A stretch of DNA of 64,000 nucleotides. It comes from Octopus vulgaris. Lineage: Eukaryota. Shown here in pieces: positions 37,721 to 50,499 of the stretch (its first letter is position 1; each line of letters starts with the position of its first letter). A program made the translations under genes and the position numbers. The stretch lies in NCBI GenBank assembly GCA_951406725.2, contig OX597817.1, positions 106,950,001 to 107,014,000 of the forward strand. The letters run 5' to 3'. A model generated the notes under the pieces. That model saw nothing but the letters and a program-made list of their open reading frames with translations. It was not told the origin of the DNA and searched no databases.

Positions 37721-38435
37721 TTAGCTGACATACCCGGTAATTCCCGGGAAAGCGGGCTTATCCCTTGGTTCCGTTCTCATAACTGTTTCGCTAATCCAGT
37801 AACAACAATAAAATCTATGTTGCCCTTAAAACGGTTTTTGTGTATTTATTGAGAATACCGAACTGTCTTACAAAAGATCTTGTTTTTAGGAATTCCCAAT
37901 AAGTTATGAATACCCAAATTGTGAAGTCAGTTATGTAATAGCATACAATTAATTGCCCTATAGTAAGAATTCAAATAAAGTAGCCTCGAAAAGGGCTTTA
38001 ATACGTTCCCAGAGTATATAGATTTTAGGAGGAAATACTAATAAGGTATGTATACTAAAATCGTGAAACATGTTACGTAATAACAGGCTAATCAGGTATG
38101 AGATAACAATTCAAAGTAATTAACTGTGAAAAAAAAAAGGTTTTTGTACGTTCCCAGAGAATATTACTCTCAGCAACGCCAGTTATTTCCCTTGTGGTTA
38201 TTTCCAGGAGGGAATGGGCTATTTCCCTTGGAAGCTTAAAAATAATTACTCACACCCAAATGTTTTTCCCCCGCCGTTTACCCGAGCATTTTTTCGAAAT
38301 CAATTTATACTTAAAACCTCCCCAGACACATAAGCAATGTGAGTGTGAAGTTTAAGAAACATCGGTGGAGCCGTTTTGGCGCAAAACGAGGACATACCGA
38401 TACACATACACACATTTTCAGTTTTAATACGTAAA
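37721..38435 (-). mobile_element. Non-autonomous Helitron-like element; related partial copy at ~40780-41490
   Basis: TTAG plus CCCGG-taatt-CCCGGG hairpin at the left end; 37875-38180 is repeated at 40820-41120. Confidence 0.6.
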
Positions 38436-38544
38436 ATAAAAACTTCGTTCATGCGTATCCTCGCACAGGTGTGTGGGGGGAAGAGGAAGTGCGCAAGAAA
38501 AACATTTACGGAAAGGTACTGATAAAATTTCTATGAAAATATGT

Positions 38545-39972
38545 TATCTTTATATGCCATATTTGCAATTCTGCACATAAATGATAGGAAAGTGGGTATT
38601 AAAATTAAAGTTTTAACGTTTGGGGGAATAACATACTCTCTCTTCTCATTAAATATTGAAAAAGAGAGTAAATATATGATAACGTATGAGTCAATGAATA
38701 TGCTTTATAAGCGTGTATTATGAAAACGTGTGGTCTCTGTTAACTGTAAATAAATGTGTCATGTGTGTTTTAAAAGATACTGATTAAATAATTTTTGTAT
38801 ATAGTCTTCCGTGTCTTCAGGAATCTGGATATAATGTTGCAGCCTCCACAAGAAACCTATGAAGTCGTTGGGTTGGTAGTGAGACAACCCGTAACAAAAG
38901 GAACCAAGCGATGTACTGCTTCAGGTACTTAGTATTCATTCCAGGTAGAATAATGCTCTTCTTGAGTGTTCCCCATAAACGCTCAATATTTTGAGTATGA
39001 ACAGATGGGTTGACAGGACCAACAAAATGCTGGCTATGGTTCACTCGATAGTTCATACAGCCTAGGTTGTTGAGGTTACTATAGGCACGCCAACAGTCGC
39101 TATAAATAATTGACCTCTGCCTGATGTAACAAGTGCATTCAGAGTCTCTGCATCTCGTCTGTTGGCCTCACCACATTTGTTTAGCAGTGGAACCATAAAT
39201 GCCTTCTTACTTAACCGTTTCAGTCCGCCAAAAAGCCAAACTGTTTTCAGAATCCTATCGCGTTGGTATTTCTGACGGATCAAAACCGTCTCGTCAATTT
39301 CTACTTCAACCCCCTGTCCTCTGATAACAGTTTGGTGGTTTTGTGTCCAAAACTGGCAGACTTCCGAACAGAAAGATCGCCAGTCTACGGAGGTTTCACG
39401 GCAGGATCCAAGGTTTTCCTCTATTGATTTGTGCGACCAAGCTGCACTGACCAAGTGGTTCAGCAAAAGCAAAACTTTCCAAGGCGGAAGATGGACGCCT
39501 TCCAGAAAGGTGTCCTTAAATATAGATATGGAGTATCCACATTCCCTTTTAGACCGTCCACGTCGTCACATCACCTTATGGTAACGCCATATGTTTGTCC
39601 CTTGGCGCAAAATACACGGGGTATTGCAGTTTGGACAATCTCGTGTGCACAGCAGGAGGCCATGTTCGGCTAAAAATGCAATAGAGGCATCATAATAGCC
39701 GTGGAAACGGAGCATGTCTTCATATAGACTGACATTGCAAGAGTTGCAAAGAGCCATGCTGTTGTATCAAGTCTTTGAATTCAAGGGTGTAAATGAAATG
39801 TGAATAAATATTAGGGTGACTTGTGATTCTTTCACTTGTAGTGTGATATTTGTAGGGCAATCTTTCGTTTTGTACTCGAAGGCGATGGCATTCGGTAAAT
39901 TCACTGAACCAGCATTTAATACTGACTTTCCTATCATTTATGTGGAGAATTGCAAATATGGCATATAAATCG
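38545..39972 (-). mobile_element. Merlin DNA transposon (~1.4 kb) with ~55-bp TIRs
   Basis: TTTATATGCCATATTTGCAATTCT.CACATAAATGATAGGAAAGT..GTATTAAA at 38549-38603 and inverted at ~39914-39969, enclosing the transposase. Confidence 0.88.
38817..39757 (-). pseudogene. Merlin / ISXO2-like (DDE_Tnp_IS1595) transposase, disrupted
   Basis: CPNC zinc ribbon, VDWRSFCSEVC, VEVEIDET, WLFGG, RDAETL, VNHSQHFV, HTQNIERLWGTLK spread over three broken frames. Confidence 0.92.
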
Positions 39973-40269
39973 ATCACGGTACTTGTTCTTTCTTTGTCTT
40001 TTGCCGAACTGCTAAGTTGTAGGGACGTACACGTACCAATACCTGTTGTCAAGCGGATGTAGAGGACAAACTCAGACACAAAAGTACACACATACACGTG
40101 CGTGCACACACAGACACACACACATATGGAGGGCTTCTTTCCGCCTACTAAATCTACTCTCAAGGCTTTGGTCACCATAAGCTATAGTAGAAGACACTTG
40201 CCCAAGGTACCACTAGTGGAACTGAACCCGGAACCATGTGGTTGTGAAGCAATATTCATACCATACATT

Positions 40270-42500
40270 TACAGCATTGCAACTGTCATCAACAATAGTA
40301 AGATAAAAAAATTTGCAGATGATTCTAAGCTTCAGAAAGTCACCAACGAAATAGGTGACAGGACAGAAGTATAATCTAATGTCTGTGCTGTGATACAATG
40401 ACGGGAAGAAAGCTGCTAAACAAGCAAAAACTGGACGCATAGACTTTTTGAAAAGAGGATGCACTCAGTAGAGCTTCTCGTAGCGTCAAATACTATCAGT
40501 GACTTAGGAATAACCACCACCAACAACCTAAGCTGGTGTGCAGGCAGCATCATATAAATTGAGGTAACCCACGGAATATGTTCTTGGATCATTTAAACTT
40601 TCCAACCAAGAGATTTTGATGCCATTGTCGCGTGATTGCATAGTCAACAATGTTGTGGCCATTGCTTGTTGGTATGTGTTGTATTGTGGAAGACCATCAC
40701 CGTGTGATCTAGCGACTGTATGTATAATAAATGAAGCCAGAACATATTTATTGATAAAATTGATTTACTGTGTTGACTATCTAGAAAAGAAGGATCTCGA
40801 TAGAGAATTATCTTACACAGGATCTTGTTTTTAGGAATTCCCATTAAGTTATGAATACCCAATTATGAAGTCAGTTACGTAATAACATGAAATTAGTTAC
40901 CTGATAGTAAGAAATCATATAAAATAGCCCAGAAAGGGGCTTTAATGCCCTATATATAGAACAGAGGAGGAAATACTAATAAGGTATGTATACTAAAATC
41001 GTGAAGAATGTTATGTAATAACAGGCTAATCAGATATGATATAATAACAATTCAAAGTAAATAACCCTGAAAAGGGCCTTTGCGCGTTTATAGAGAATAT
41101 TACCCTCAGGGGCGCTGGTGTTGGTATATTCGTGAATAAGTCACTAACCGAAATAAGTGGATCTATTGTTTAGGAAAATGCTATTTACTTGTTTAAGGGT
41201 TGTACTGGATAAATTGCGAAAATAACTCTAACAGTTCAAATACTAAGAAATAAGCACACTCAATTTCATTTTTACCAATTAATTTGGGAAAATGAATGGG
41301 TTACTTCCCTTGGTTATATTTAAGGATCCCTTCCAGGAGCCCTATTATCGACCTTTTCAACAAACTGAGTATACTATGAGGATTCCAGACATGAATTCTA
41401 TTCACGTGTCAAATTTCATCAAAATCGATAAAACGATTTGGGAGGAGTTAGCTAACAACTCCACAAATACATCCACAGTCAGAATTTCCCACATTGAGTG
41501 AGAGGTGAAGGGAAAGGAGATGAAATACTAATACAGTGAAGGAGAAAAATGAGAGTAATAGCCATGACTGAGAGGGAGTGAGAGAAAGTAATGTCGAAAC
41601 GAAGTGACAAAGAGAGCGTCGTATGAATGAGAAAGGAAGTGGTGATAGATGAATAACGAAGGAAGGAGAGGAAAAGCCGATAAACGGCGTTTGAAGTGTG
41701 AGTATGTGTGTGTAAAAGAGAGGTATGTTTGCGTCCGTGTGTGTGTGTTTACAATGGAAATGGGATGGTATTGTTCAACGCTGAAAATGTGTGAGTATAT
41801 GTGTGCATGTACAAGAGATCTATGTGAAACTTTACATATACATGTAAATTAAAGAAAATATAAAAAATAATCCAGAATCTTTGTCCGGTACCGGATCGAT
41901 CCCAAAATCTAATGAGACAGTGCCAGTTACAAGGCCAAACATACCTGAAAATTTCAGCTGAATCCATCCAGCAGTTTTTGAGATATCTTGTCCACGGACA
42001 AACACGACTGAAAACAATACCTTCGCCTTCGCTTCGGCGGAGGTAATAAATAGTATGACAGTTCTTGATTAAAGAAGCCAAACACTATTCTCTCCAACGC
42101 CGGCATGGGAGTTACACCATTTGTACAATGTAGAAAATAATCCGTCGTCATTGATCAAACAATGTCGGTATCGAGTTCATAAATCACCCAAGGCTAGGGT
42201 CTCGTGCCATACACCCTTTCTAAATATCGACCTTTGATCACTCTCATAACAACATTGTGACAAAGATCTTTATTTTTACCTTCATCATTATACCGAAAAA
42301 ATTCGAAGAAAAGACTCCATTTCATTTAAACGCTATCTAGACAAATTCCTCCCAGAAATATCAGATAAACCACCGACCTGGATACATTTCGGTTAACAAA
42401 ACCCTGCTCGAGTGGGTTATGGTGTCCCAAAATACGTATTAACAGATTCAGCAGGATGGTGCTATATAAGTTACGCATAACCTGGGTCATTAATGCCTGA
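40270..42500 (+). mobile_element. Old CR1-group LINE fragments (40270-40620, 42050-42500) split by Helitron/Helentron insertions
   Basis: IKKFADDSKL at ~40300; YSLQRRHGSYTICTM*KI at ~42085 parallels YSIERR..RYRIIYIWKM of the 24-26 kb LINE. Confidence 0.6.
41850..42050 (-). mobile_element. Helentron-associated (HINE/DINE-1-like) element
   Basis: - strand starts TTTATTACCTCCGCCGAAGCGAAGGCGAAGG (hairpin in T-rich context), then GTTTGTCCGT and ATTTTGGGATCGATCCGG. Confidence 0.6.
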
Positions 42501-43714
42501 AACTTGAATTAAGCAACTTAAGTTATGCATATATTTGAAACACTCTTTTGCACATGATGAAATATTAATATTTAGCTCTATCCAATGGCTATATTTTTTC
42601 TTAGTAGAAACAATATCGTAAAATTCATGCCAGAAGTTGTTTATAAATAGTATGTATCTCAGATATGTGCTTATGATTTGTAAATTTCATTGGCGTTTTT
42701 TATGAAAATGAAAAAATAACTACGAAGAAAATCAATGGATTAAATGAAAAGATAAACATGTTAAATCTTTACAAATAGGTAGAGATATCGAGTCAATGAA
42801 GCAGCCACTAAGTGGTAATGCGACCTGCTAAAAATAATAGTCAGAACTCCCTTTTGTCTCGTATTTTAAAGATCCTGGTGTCTTAAATAAAGAAGTGTAT
42901 TTTGAACAGTGAAGATAAAAAGCCAGCATGGGGCAAGACTTCCTTTTGATCCCCCTCCCTGCTACGGAGAATACGAATCTGCAAAAAAAAAATTGGCAAA
43001 AATCGGCATTTTGAAATTAACCCCCCCCCCCCACTATTTCTTAATTTTAAACTTTTTTCAGAAATCCAAAATATGCGGAAAAATACAGAGATTATGATTC
43101 TGAAAAAAATTCCTCAAAATGAAAATGGTGGGGGGACGTGAGGAAGTTTTTCCCAGCATGGTTACGGCTGGAATACATTTGATCACAGGTGTGGAAGACG
43201 GGTGGCACCCTGAGAGTCATGAGTAATCTGGAACACAATGAATGATGTTTGGAAAGTTTTGGGAATTAAACGTTATGCTAAACTAATCAAGTAACTGAGT
43301 AAACAAAGCATTACTGAATTCTATTCTGATTTCTTTTATTGCATTTACTGGGTGAGAAGGTAGTGTACTCTGACATAGTTTCCCTTGGCTGTAACATAAG
43401 CCCAAGTTGTTAAATGATAAATCAATCAGTACAATTCAGTATCATGTTATGCAGTAAAGGTATGCTCACGCTAGCTGGCATTTTTCCTGTTACCAGTTGC
43501 ATATCTCTGGAGCTCTTGGTGAGAAAACAAAAGACCAAAAAACCTGTGTATTAGTATATTGTACATTATTTAAAAATTAACATTTGCCAACAACAAACCC
43601 AATATTCGTCCTGCCGAAGGAGAAAATTAAAAGTAAACAAATACTTGCTTTACGCCTAAATTGAATAACCAAATTGCTTCAAATACTAATCAATTTCAGT
43701 TCAGTTCATTTATT

Positions 43715-44395
43715 GGATCTTTTCCCTTTGAACGGCAGATCGAGAAATTAATTTTTTGTAAGTAAACACTTTCAAACTTCGGACGCTGGTAGAATGTGTC
43801 ATATAAAACATCTTTTACTCTTAGTGTTGTTGAGAAACGTTTCTATTTTCAAAGTTATTTCGTGTTAAAGTTGTCTTATTTCTGTAATTTCAACCAATCA
43901 ATGACATGTATTCAGCTGAATAAAATTACTGCTGTTGTTTGCCAACAACTTCCGGTGGTGTATATTTCGTTTGTCACTGTTACTTATGATATATTTAATC
44001 TCAGTTACATTTGTATGAATAAACGAGTGTATCCTAAGCATGTTTACTTCATGGCACCACAATCGTTCGTGCATTTCTACTGCTTTTAGTTTTTTTTTTC
44101 CCTGTTTTTCAGCTACTATTTTCGGAAAGACGTTTTTCCCCCTCCCCCTCCAATCTCTTCCTTTTTCACTTTTTTCCGTAAATCTAACCCTAAAACACTA
44201 ACTGTAACCGTAACCCTAAAACCTTAACCCTAACCCTAACTCTAAAACCCTAACCCCCTAAAGCTAAAACCAGTACAAACGCACGAACGATGTCATAAAC
44301 AACAGTGACAAACGAAATATACACTGCCGATAGTTGTTGTTGACAAACGGCAGTAATTTTATTCAGCTGAATACACGTCATTGATTGGTTGAAAT
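43715..44395. mobile_element. GGATCTTTTC foldback element with a central telomere-like tract; right end lost
   Basis: Starts GGATCTTTTCCCTTTGAACGGCAG; 43885-43990 is the reverse complement of 44290-44395; degenerate (TAACCC)n at 44183-44268. Confidence 0.8.
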
Positions 44396-44410
44396 ATATA
44401 TATATATATA

Positions 44411-44834
44411 GGATCTTTTAGGTTTGACCGGCAGTTTTTTTAAAATAATTTCCACGTAACTAAACACTTTTAAACTTCGTATACTGGTAGAATGTGTTTA
44501 TAAAACATCTTTTTCTCTTGGCTTTATTGAGAAAATCCTATAGTTTGTAAGATATTTGTTGTTTGTCTTTTTCAATTTCTGCAATTTCAACCAATCAATG
44601 ACGTCTATTGAGGTGAAAACATTCTGTGCCGTCTGGATATGTTCCTCGTTTAAGAAACAGATTGGGTTTATTTACATTTGTGAAGAAAAAAAGATACCCT
44701 TCCACCCACCCTTAACCCTAACCCAAACCCTAAAACAGATTGAAAGGCAATAGATCGATTCTAGGGTAATAATTATGGGTGACAATTTCATATGACACCG
44801 CTAGAAAAAACTGCCGTTCAAACCGAAAAGATCC
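44411..44834. mobile_element. Merlin-type MITE inserted in a TA run
   Basis: Same TIR and body as 36389-36790; TATATATA on both sides. Confidence 0.9.
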
Positions 44835-44842
44835 TATATATA

Positions 44843-44910
<68 letters not shown>

Positions 44911-45458
44911 TACACACAGTGTGATCTTAATCTTGAGCAACGCCGAGTATCTCTCAAGTCAGTCAAACAATACATCAGTGACGTGGTTACATTGAAGTAG
45001 TAGAGAGGATTATGAAGTCATAACCTGATACATTGTAATTTATAAAAGCAATACTATGTGAAAAGACGACGATTTTGTTTCATGGAAATCGAATCTATAA
45101 ATAAAAACTTTCAACTGATTTTAAATATAGCTGTTAGTCTGTGATTCACAGCCAAGAGAACATTTAAATAAAAGATAAATCAGAGGGGATTGTAAAAATG
45201 ACGAACTTTATATTGTCAATTTTCATATATTTAAGCAATATTCTTTGAACTATTTTTGGATACAATTTATTTTTTAAGCTGTGTCCAAAAGATTGGTTTG
45301 ATCGTTAAAACTATTTAATTTCACCAACATTCTCAATGTCTTTCTTTTTGAGAAATATGGAATATTATGTTCAGTTATAAGGAAACTAATATATAAATCA
45401 CGCGCATTCCATCGTTAAATCAGCCAAGTTGGACTAGAATTTATATTTTCAAAAACAA

Positions 45459-45459
<1 letters not shown>

Positions 45460-45499
<40 letters not shown>

Positions 45500-45501
45500 T
45501 A

Positions 45502-45590
<89 letters not shown>

Positions 45591-45630
45591 CATCATCATC
45601 ATCGTTTAACGTCCGTTCTCCATGATAATA

Positions 45631-45661
<31 letters not shown>

Positions 45662-45670
45662 TAATAATAA
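45460..45670. repeat. (TAA)n microsatellite containing a ~35-bp RTE 3' tip (- strand)
   Basis: Long TAA run with CATCATCATCGTTTAACGTCCGTTCTCCATG at ~45590-45625. Confidence 0.9.
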
Positions 45671-46284
45671 GGGAGTGGTAATAAATATCTTTGGCAAATT
45701 AATCCAATTTGCACTAGCTCACTAGCAAAATAACTGACTCATCTCAAACGCATAATTAACTTTCCATGACCTCTTTTAGAATCATTTTGTTGTGGCAATA
45801 TGGATCTCTTCAATTATAATGTTTACTTGGCAACAATAAATGATGTATAATGCGACAGATAAATCACTATTACGTCATAAAACAAAACCAATACAATGAT
45901 TTATTTGTGACAGTTGTCAACATACATCAAACGCAAGATAACATTGACTCATTTGTTTAAACTTCACTCTGTGAACTCAATGACGAAATTGATTTTACTT
46001 GCCCTGTCGAGTGACCACTTATGGTAGTATGCCAACTCTCGTCATTTTATTAATAGAACCAAATTATTTTCAAGCCTTGTTTAAAATTATTCCCACAGAA
46101 AATATATTATTATTGGGCAGATAGTGAAGTTGTGGAGGTATGCAGTTCGTACAGAGCGGCCACTTTTATGTACATATTTGCTGTGGTTGAAAATTGTTGC
46201 ATTTAATGAAAGGGACGTCCAAGTTTGGTTACCGCACACGCCAACCAAGCCCTACGATACACTAATGTAGGTAGAATAGAATAG

Positions 46285-49148
46285 GGATCTTTTCTGTTGC
46301 TGTAACAGTTTTGTATTGTTTTAAATTTTATTCCAGTTGTTTTCAAATTCGATGTTCTGTTTTAGCTTTTGTATGAAAAAGTAAAGACTCCCTTGAATCA
46401 TGAATGACCATGGGATCAAACCTGAAAAGTTACCTCTGAGGCACAAGTCCGGGCAATGTTGTTTATGGCAGACCAGCAGTCTCCCATGCATACCAGCCTC
46501 CCCTCTCCACACTACTGATGTTATTATCCAAGGGAAAGGTAAATACCGATACAGCTTGGCACCAGTGACGCCACAGCTCATTTCTACAGCTGAGTGAACT
46601 GGAGCAACGTGAAGTGTCTTGGTCAAGAACACAACTCAAGACTGTGAGTCTAACGCTCTAACCACTGAGTCATAATTATGAAAATGGAATACATTTTTGC
46701 CGTAAATTTTTGAATATAAAGTTAATAGGGATTTTTCTGTTAGGCTGCCAAGATTTCAAAAATCAACGTTTATGGAAAATTTCAAAATTTAGAACATTAC
46801 TGTAGTTTTCCAAGCTGAATTGCTGGAGATATTTCACTTTTTCCAGAAAGTTTTTTAAAAAACATTATAAAGGTTTAAAGTTTGGTAATTTTCAACCAGC
46901 CAGGAAACAGGATTTCAAAGTTATTTTGTGTGTGACTGTACATTTTGTCAACATCCTGAAAATAGCTTGAGTGCTTTTGAATTACACATGACATAAAACA
47001 CCTGGTAACTTTTCTATTTTTTTGAAGTTTTCAGAAAATTTTTGTGAATTTGTATTCTACATTTGGGAATTCATACGATCATGCAAAAAAAAAAAAAAAA
47101 AAAAATTGTGGGGATGCGTGATTTAAGGCCTATTTAGCTGTTATATTTAGCATACTGCACAACCACCTCAATGACAAAAAACAAGTTAACAACACGTATT
47201 TTGTAGTTTTAAGCATTCAACATACATTTAATACGATAAACAGCACATTACAAATTGAATGTTTCTCAAAATAAGAAACTTATTGCACAAACTTAAAAGA
47301 TTTATCCAAAAACAAGATATCACATTACAAATTAAATATTTTTAAAAAACAAACATTTTGCTGAAACATTGAAACATTGAAAGCAAATGTTAGAAATGTA
47401 TTCAAGCAATTTCTCAAACAAATCACAATTTTCATATCTCCTGTGCTACATAAATTCACAGAGATGTGAATATACCATAGAACGGTGAGTGCCGCAGAAT
47501 TTATTACCTCATTTTACAGAGTCTCATGTACTCTCCACTTGAGTGGGGGGGGGGGTACCATTTATTGAGTTAACAAACCCATTGCTGTGATTCACCATTC
47601 TATACTCAGAATTGTAACCATCAATTTCAGGAATGTGAGTTTACACATTCCACAAATTGCTGAAAATTCTGGTTCCTGGAAGAATCAAGTGATGTATGCA
47701 TTCCTCCAGTGTGTCATGGTTCTGACATGGCACTGCATAGAGAAAAACCTGTCTGTTCTTGCTACACACTCCTCCAAGAACCCACTACTCAGGTTGTACT
47801 TCCTCGGTTGTTCTCACGTCTTGAGAAGACTGTTTCATCAATCTCAACAAGCTTCCCATGACTACCAACTTTAACTGGATGACAGAGCAGGTCCTCCACA
47901 CATACTTACTTCCCTAACATAGCTGTAAATATCAACAGTTGTGCAATGGCTCATCCCCAGTTCTTCAACACAAAACTGGATTGAAGTCAATTCTTTAACT
48001 CATGAGAAAAGGAAAAACACTACAAGCCTAAGAGGAAGGGAGTTACCTTCAAACCATGTATCTTTCATCACTGACACAGACTCCATGCATCCTTGGCATG
48101 AACATCGCTAATACATATTCCTGCCATGTTTTTCGTACTCCTAAAATGTTTCTTTGTTTTACATAATTTTATCTTGGGTATCACACCCTTTTTTTGCAAG
48201 TACGAAACCACATCCTCGTTTGTTGTGTTATTTAAAGCCTATTTGGTTGCTATTTTTAGCACATATGACAACTACCTCAATGACTCGAATATATTTGTCA
48301 ACACGTACTTTCTTGCAGACAAAAGAGTTCTCATGTTTGGCTTGTTACTATGGAAACAGGCATGAATGTATCTGTGGCTTATGATTGGCTAAAATTACCA
48401 AAAATTTTCAATCTTTAATAGCTAATAACTCTTTATTTATTGATTTTATGGCAAAAATAATTTTTATGGCATTGATTAACATATAAAAGTATATCATTAC
48501 ACTGAATATGAAATCTATTTGAATAGAAATTGAAGAGACTGAAAATTAGTAGCCAAACAGAAAAGATGTGTTAATAGCTTTTAAAGTTTGCAAATTTTGG
48601 GTTCTTTTAGCCAACTGAAGAGCCACAGACACATTGCCTGTTTTCATAGTAACAAGCAAAGCTGTAGTTAGTTGCCCAAACCACCACCACCACCATCACA
48701 TGTATTTTCTTTTGGCCTGTGTTTTCTTTGACAAGTCAAACCCTAATTTTTTGCAAATAATATTTTGTTGGGATTTTTTCCTTTTTAAATTATTTACATG
48801 CTTAATCAACTGTTTCCTATGACTTCATTAAAACTTATTAAAACTTCTTACAACTGCCATCAATGTAATGTTCTGTCTTCATTTTGTTTATAAAAACTTT
48901 GTTGTAATGTTTTTGATATTATTTTCTGATAGACAGTTATCACACAGAAAATGCCAGCTTCCAGATCCTGTTTCTGTTTGAGTAAAAACTATCAAACTTC
49001 AAACCTCTAACATTTTTCAAAATTTTTTCTGGAGTAAATGAATCACAAAATTGGATTCAGCATGAAAAAGTACATCAATATACCAAATTTTGAAAATTTT
49101 CATTTAATTCTAAAATTTCAAAATCTATGACAACTACAGAAAAGATCC
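46285..49148 (-). mobile_element. Merlin transposon with GGATCTTTTCTGT termini, 8-bp TSD and decayed transposase
   Basis: TAGAATAG at 46277-46284 and 49149-49156; - strand 47440-48300 reads SVMKDTWFEG, VGSHGKLVEIDET, WVLGGVC, VNHSNGFV, TQVEST. Confidence 0.85.
46390..46673 (-). mobile_element. tRNA-headed SINE nested in the Merlin element
   Basis: - strand head TGACTCAGTGGTTAGAGCGTTAGACTC followed by TTGACCAAGACACTTCACGTTGCTCCAG. Confidence 0.7.
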
Positions 49149-49494
49149 TAGAATAGTGCTTAATCTGAGTGAAACTATTTTGTCTTCATATTTATCTCCA
49201 CTTAAAAGTAGATGTCATGTTAGAACACAAAATACTGCATTAATTAGCATGAGAGAGCCTTCATATGGATTTGTGGTACATAAAAACACTCGTTTACATT
49301 GGTGGTGGGAGATAATCGTCTGCTACCACTGCTGGACCTGTTAGATCACATTATTTCAGCCTTCCTTGACTTTGACAATGGTAAACATTCATGGCTAGAC
49401 ATAGCAGTGTTTCTCCCATCAGTGATATACATAGAATCTCAGTGTCTCTTCAGGTACTGGTGTTGCAAATAGCCAATGGGCTTACTAAAAAATA

Positions 49495-49963
49495 ATGGAA
49501 GAGTTAGACCCAGGAAGGCATGGGATGAGGTGAAGCATGACCTTCAAACATTTGGACTCACAGAGGCAATGACAGGAGACTGAGATGTATGGAGATATGC
49601 TGTGATTGAGAAAACCTGGCAACTAAAGTGAGATCACAGCCATGGCCAATGCCAGTGTTGCATGTCTGGCTCATTTAAAAGTACCCTTGATGCATCGGGT
49701 GATATAATATGCTTGAGAAGACCTGTTGAGTCAAAACCAAAATCTTAGCTGTGGCCTGTGCCCCCTGACTGGCTCCTGTGCAGTGGCATGTAAAAAGCAC
49801 CCTCTAAACTTTCAGAGTGGTCAGCATTAGGAAGGGCGTCCAGCTGTAGAAACATTACCAGATCAGATTGGAGCCTGGTGCAGCTGCTGGCTTTACCAGA
49901 CTTCAGTCAAACTGTCCAGCCCATGCCAGCATGGAAAACGGATGTTCAACGATGATGATGATG
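49495..49963 (+). mobile_element. RTE LINE 3' fragment (ORF2 C-terminus and UTR)
   Basis: GRVRPRKAWDEVKHDLQTFGLTEAMTGD*DVWRYAV then UTR ending GATGATGATG; other UTR copies at 54255-54556(-) and 63660-63893. Confidence 0.85.
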
Positions 49964-50091
49964 AGAAGCAGTACTGATACTAAAAGCTAATACTCATTCC
50001 CACTTTATTCAATTTGTTCAACTAAACCTTTCAAGACAAAATCCCAGCATAGCCACAGTCATATGACTGACACAAGTAAAAAAAAAAAGAT

Positions 50092-50499
50092 TTTTTTTTA
50101 CTTGTTTCAGTCATTTGATTGTGGCCATGCTGGAGCACCGCCTTTAATTGAGCAACTCGACCCCGGGACTTATTCTTTGTAAGCCCAGTACTTACTCTAT
50201 CGGTCTCTTTTGCCGAACTGCTAAGTGGCGGGGACATAAACACACCAGCATCGGTTGTCAAGCAATGCTAGGGGGACAAACACAGATACACAAACATACA
50301 TGCACACACACATATATATATATATACATATATACGACAGGCTTCTTTCAGTTTCCGTCTACCAAATCCACTCACAAGGCTTTGGTCGGCCCGAGGCTAT
50401 AGTAGAAGACACTTGCCCAAGGTGCCACGCAGTGGGACTGAACCCAGAACCATGTAGTTCGTAAGCAAGCTACTTACCACACACCCACTCCTGCACCTA
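50092..50499 (-). mobile_element. Full-length, little-diverged family-O SINE
   Basis: Reverse complement of 29907-30312 over its whole length. Confidence 0.9.

Noticed and set aside
38817-39757. Bacterial IS1595 insertion or contamination
   Set aside because: Disrupted, embedded among host SINEs and Helitrons, and has older relatives in the window; fits eukaryotic Merlin
45415-45714. Poly-tyrosine ORF
   Set aside because: (TAT)n microsatellite
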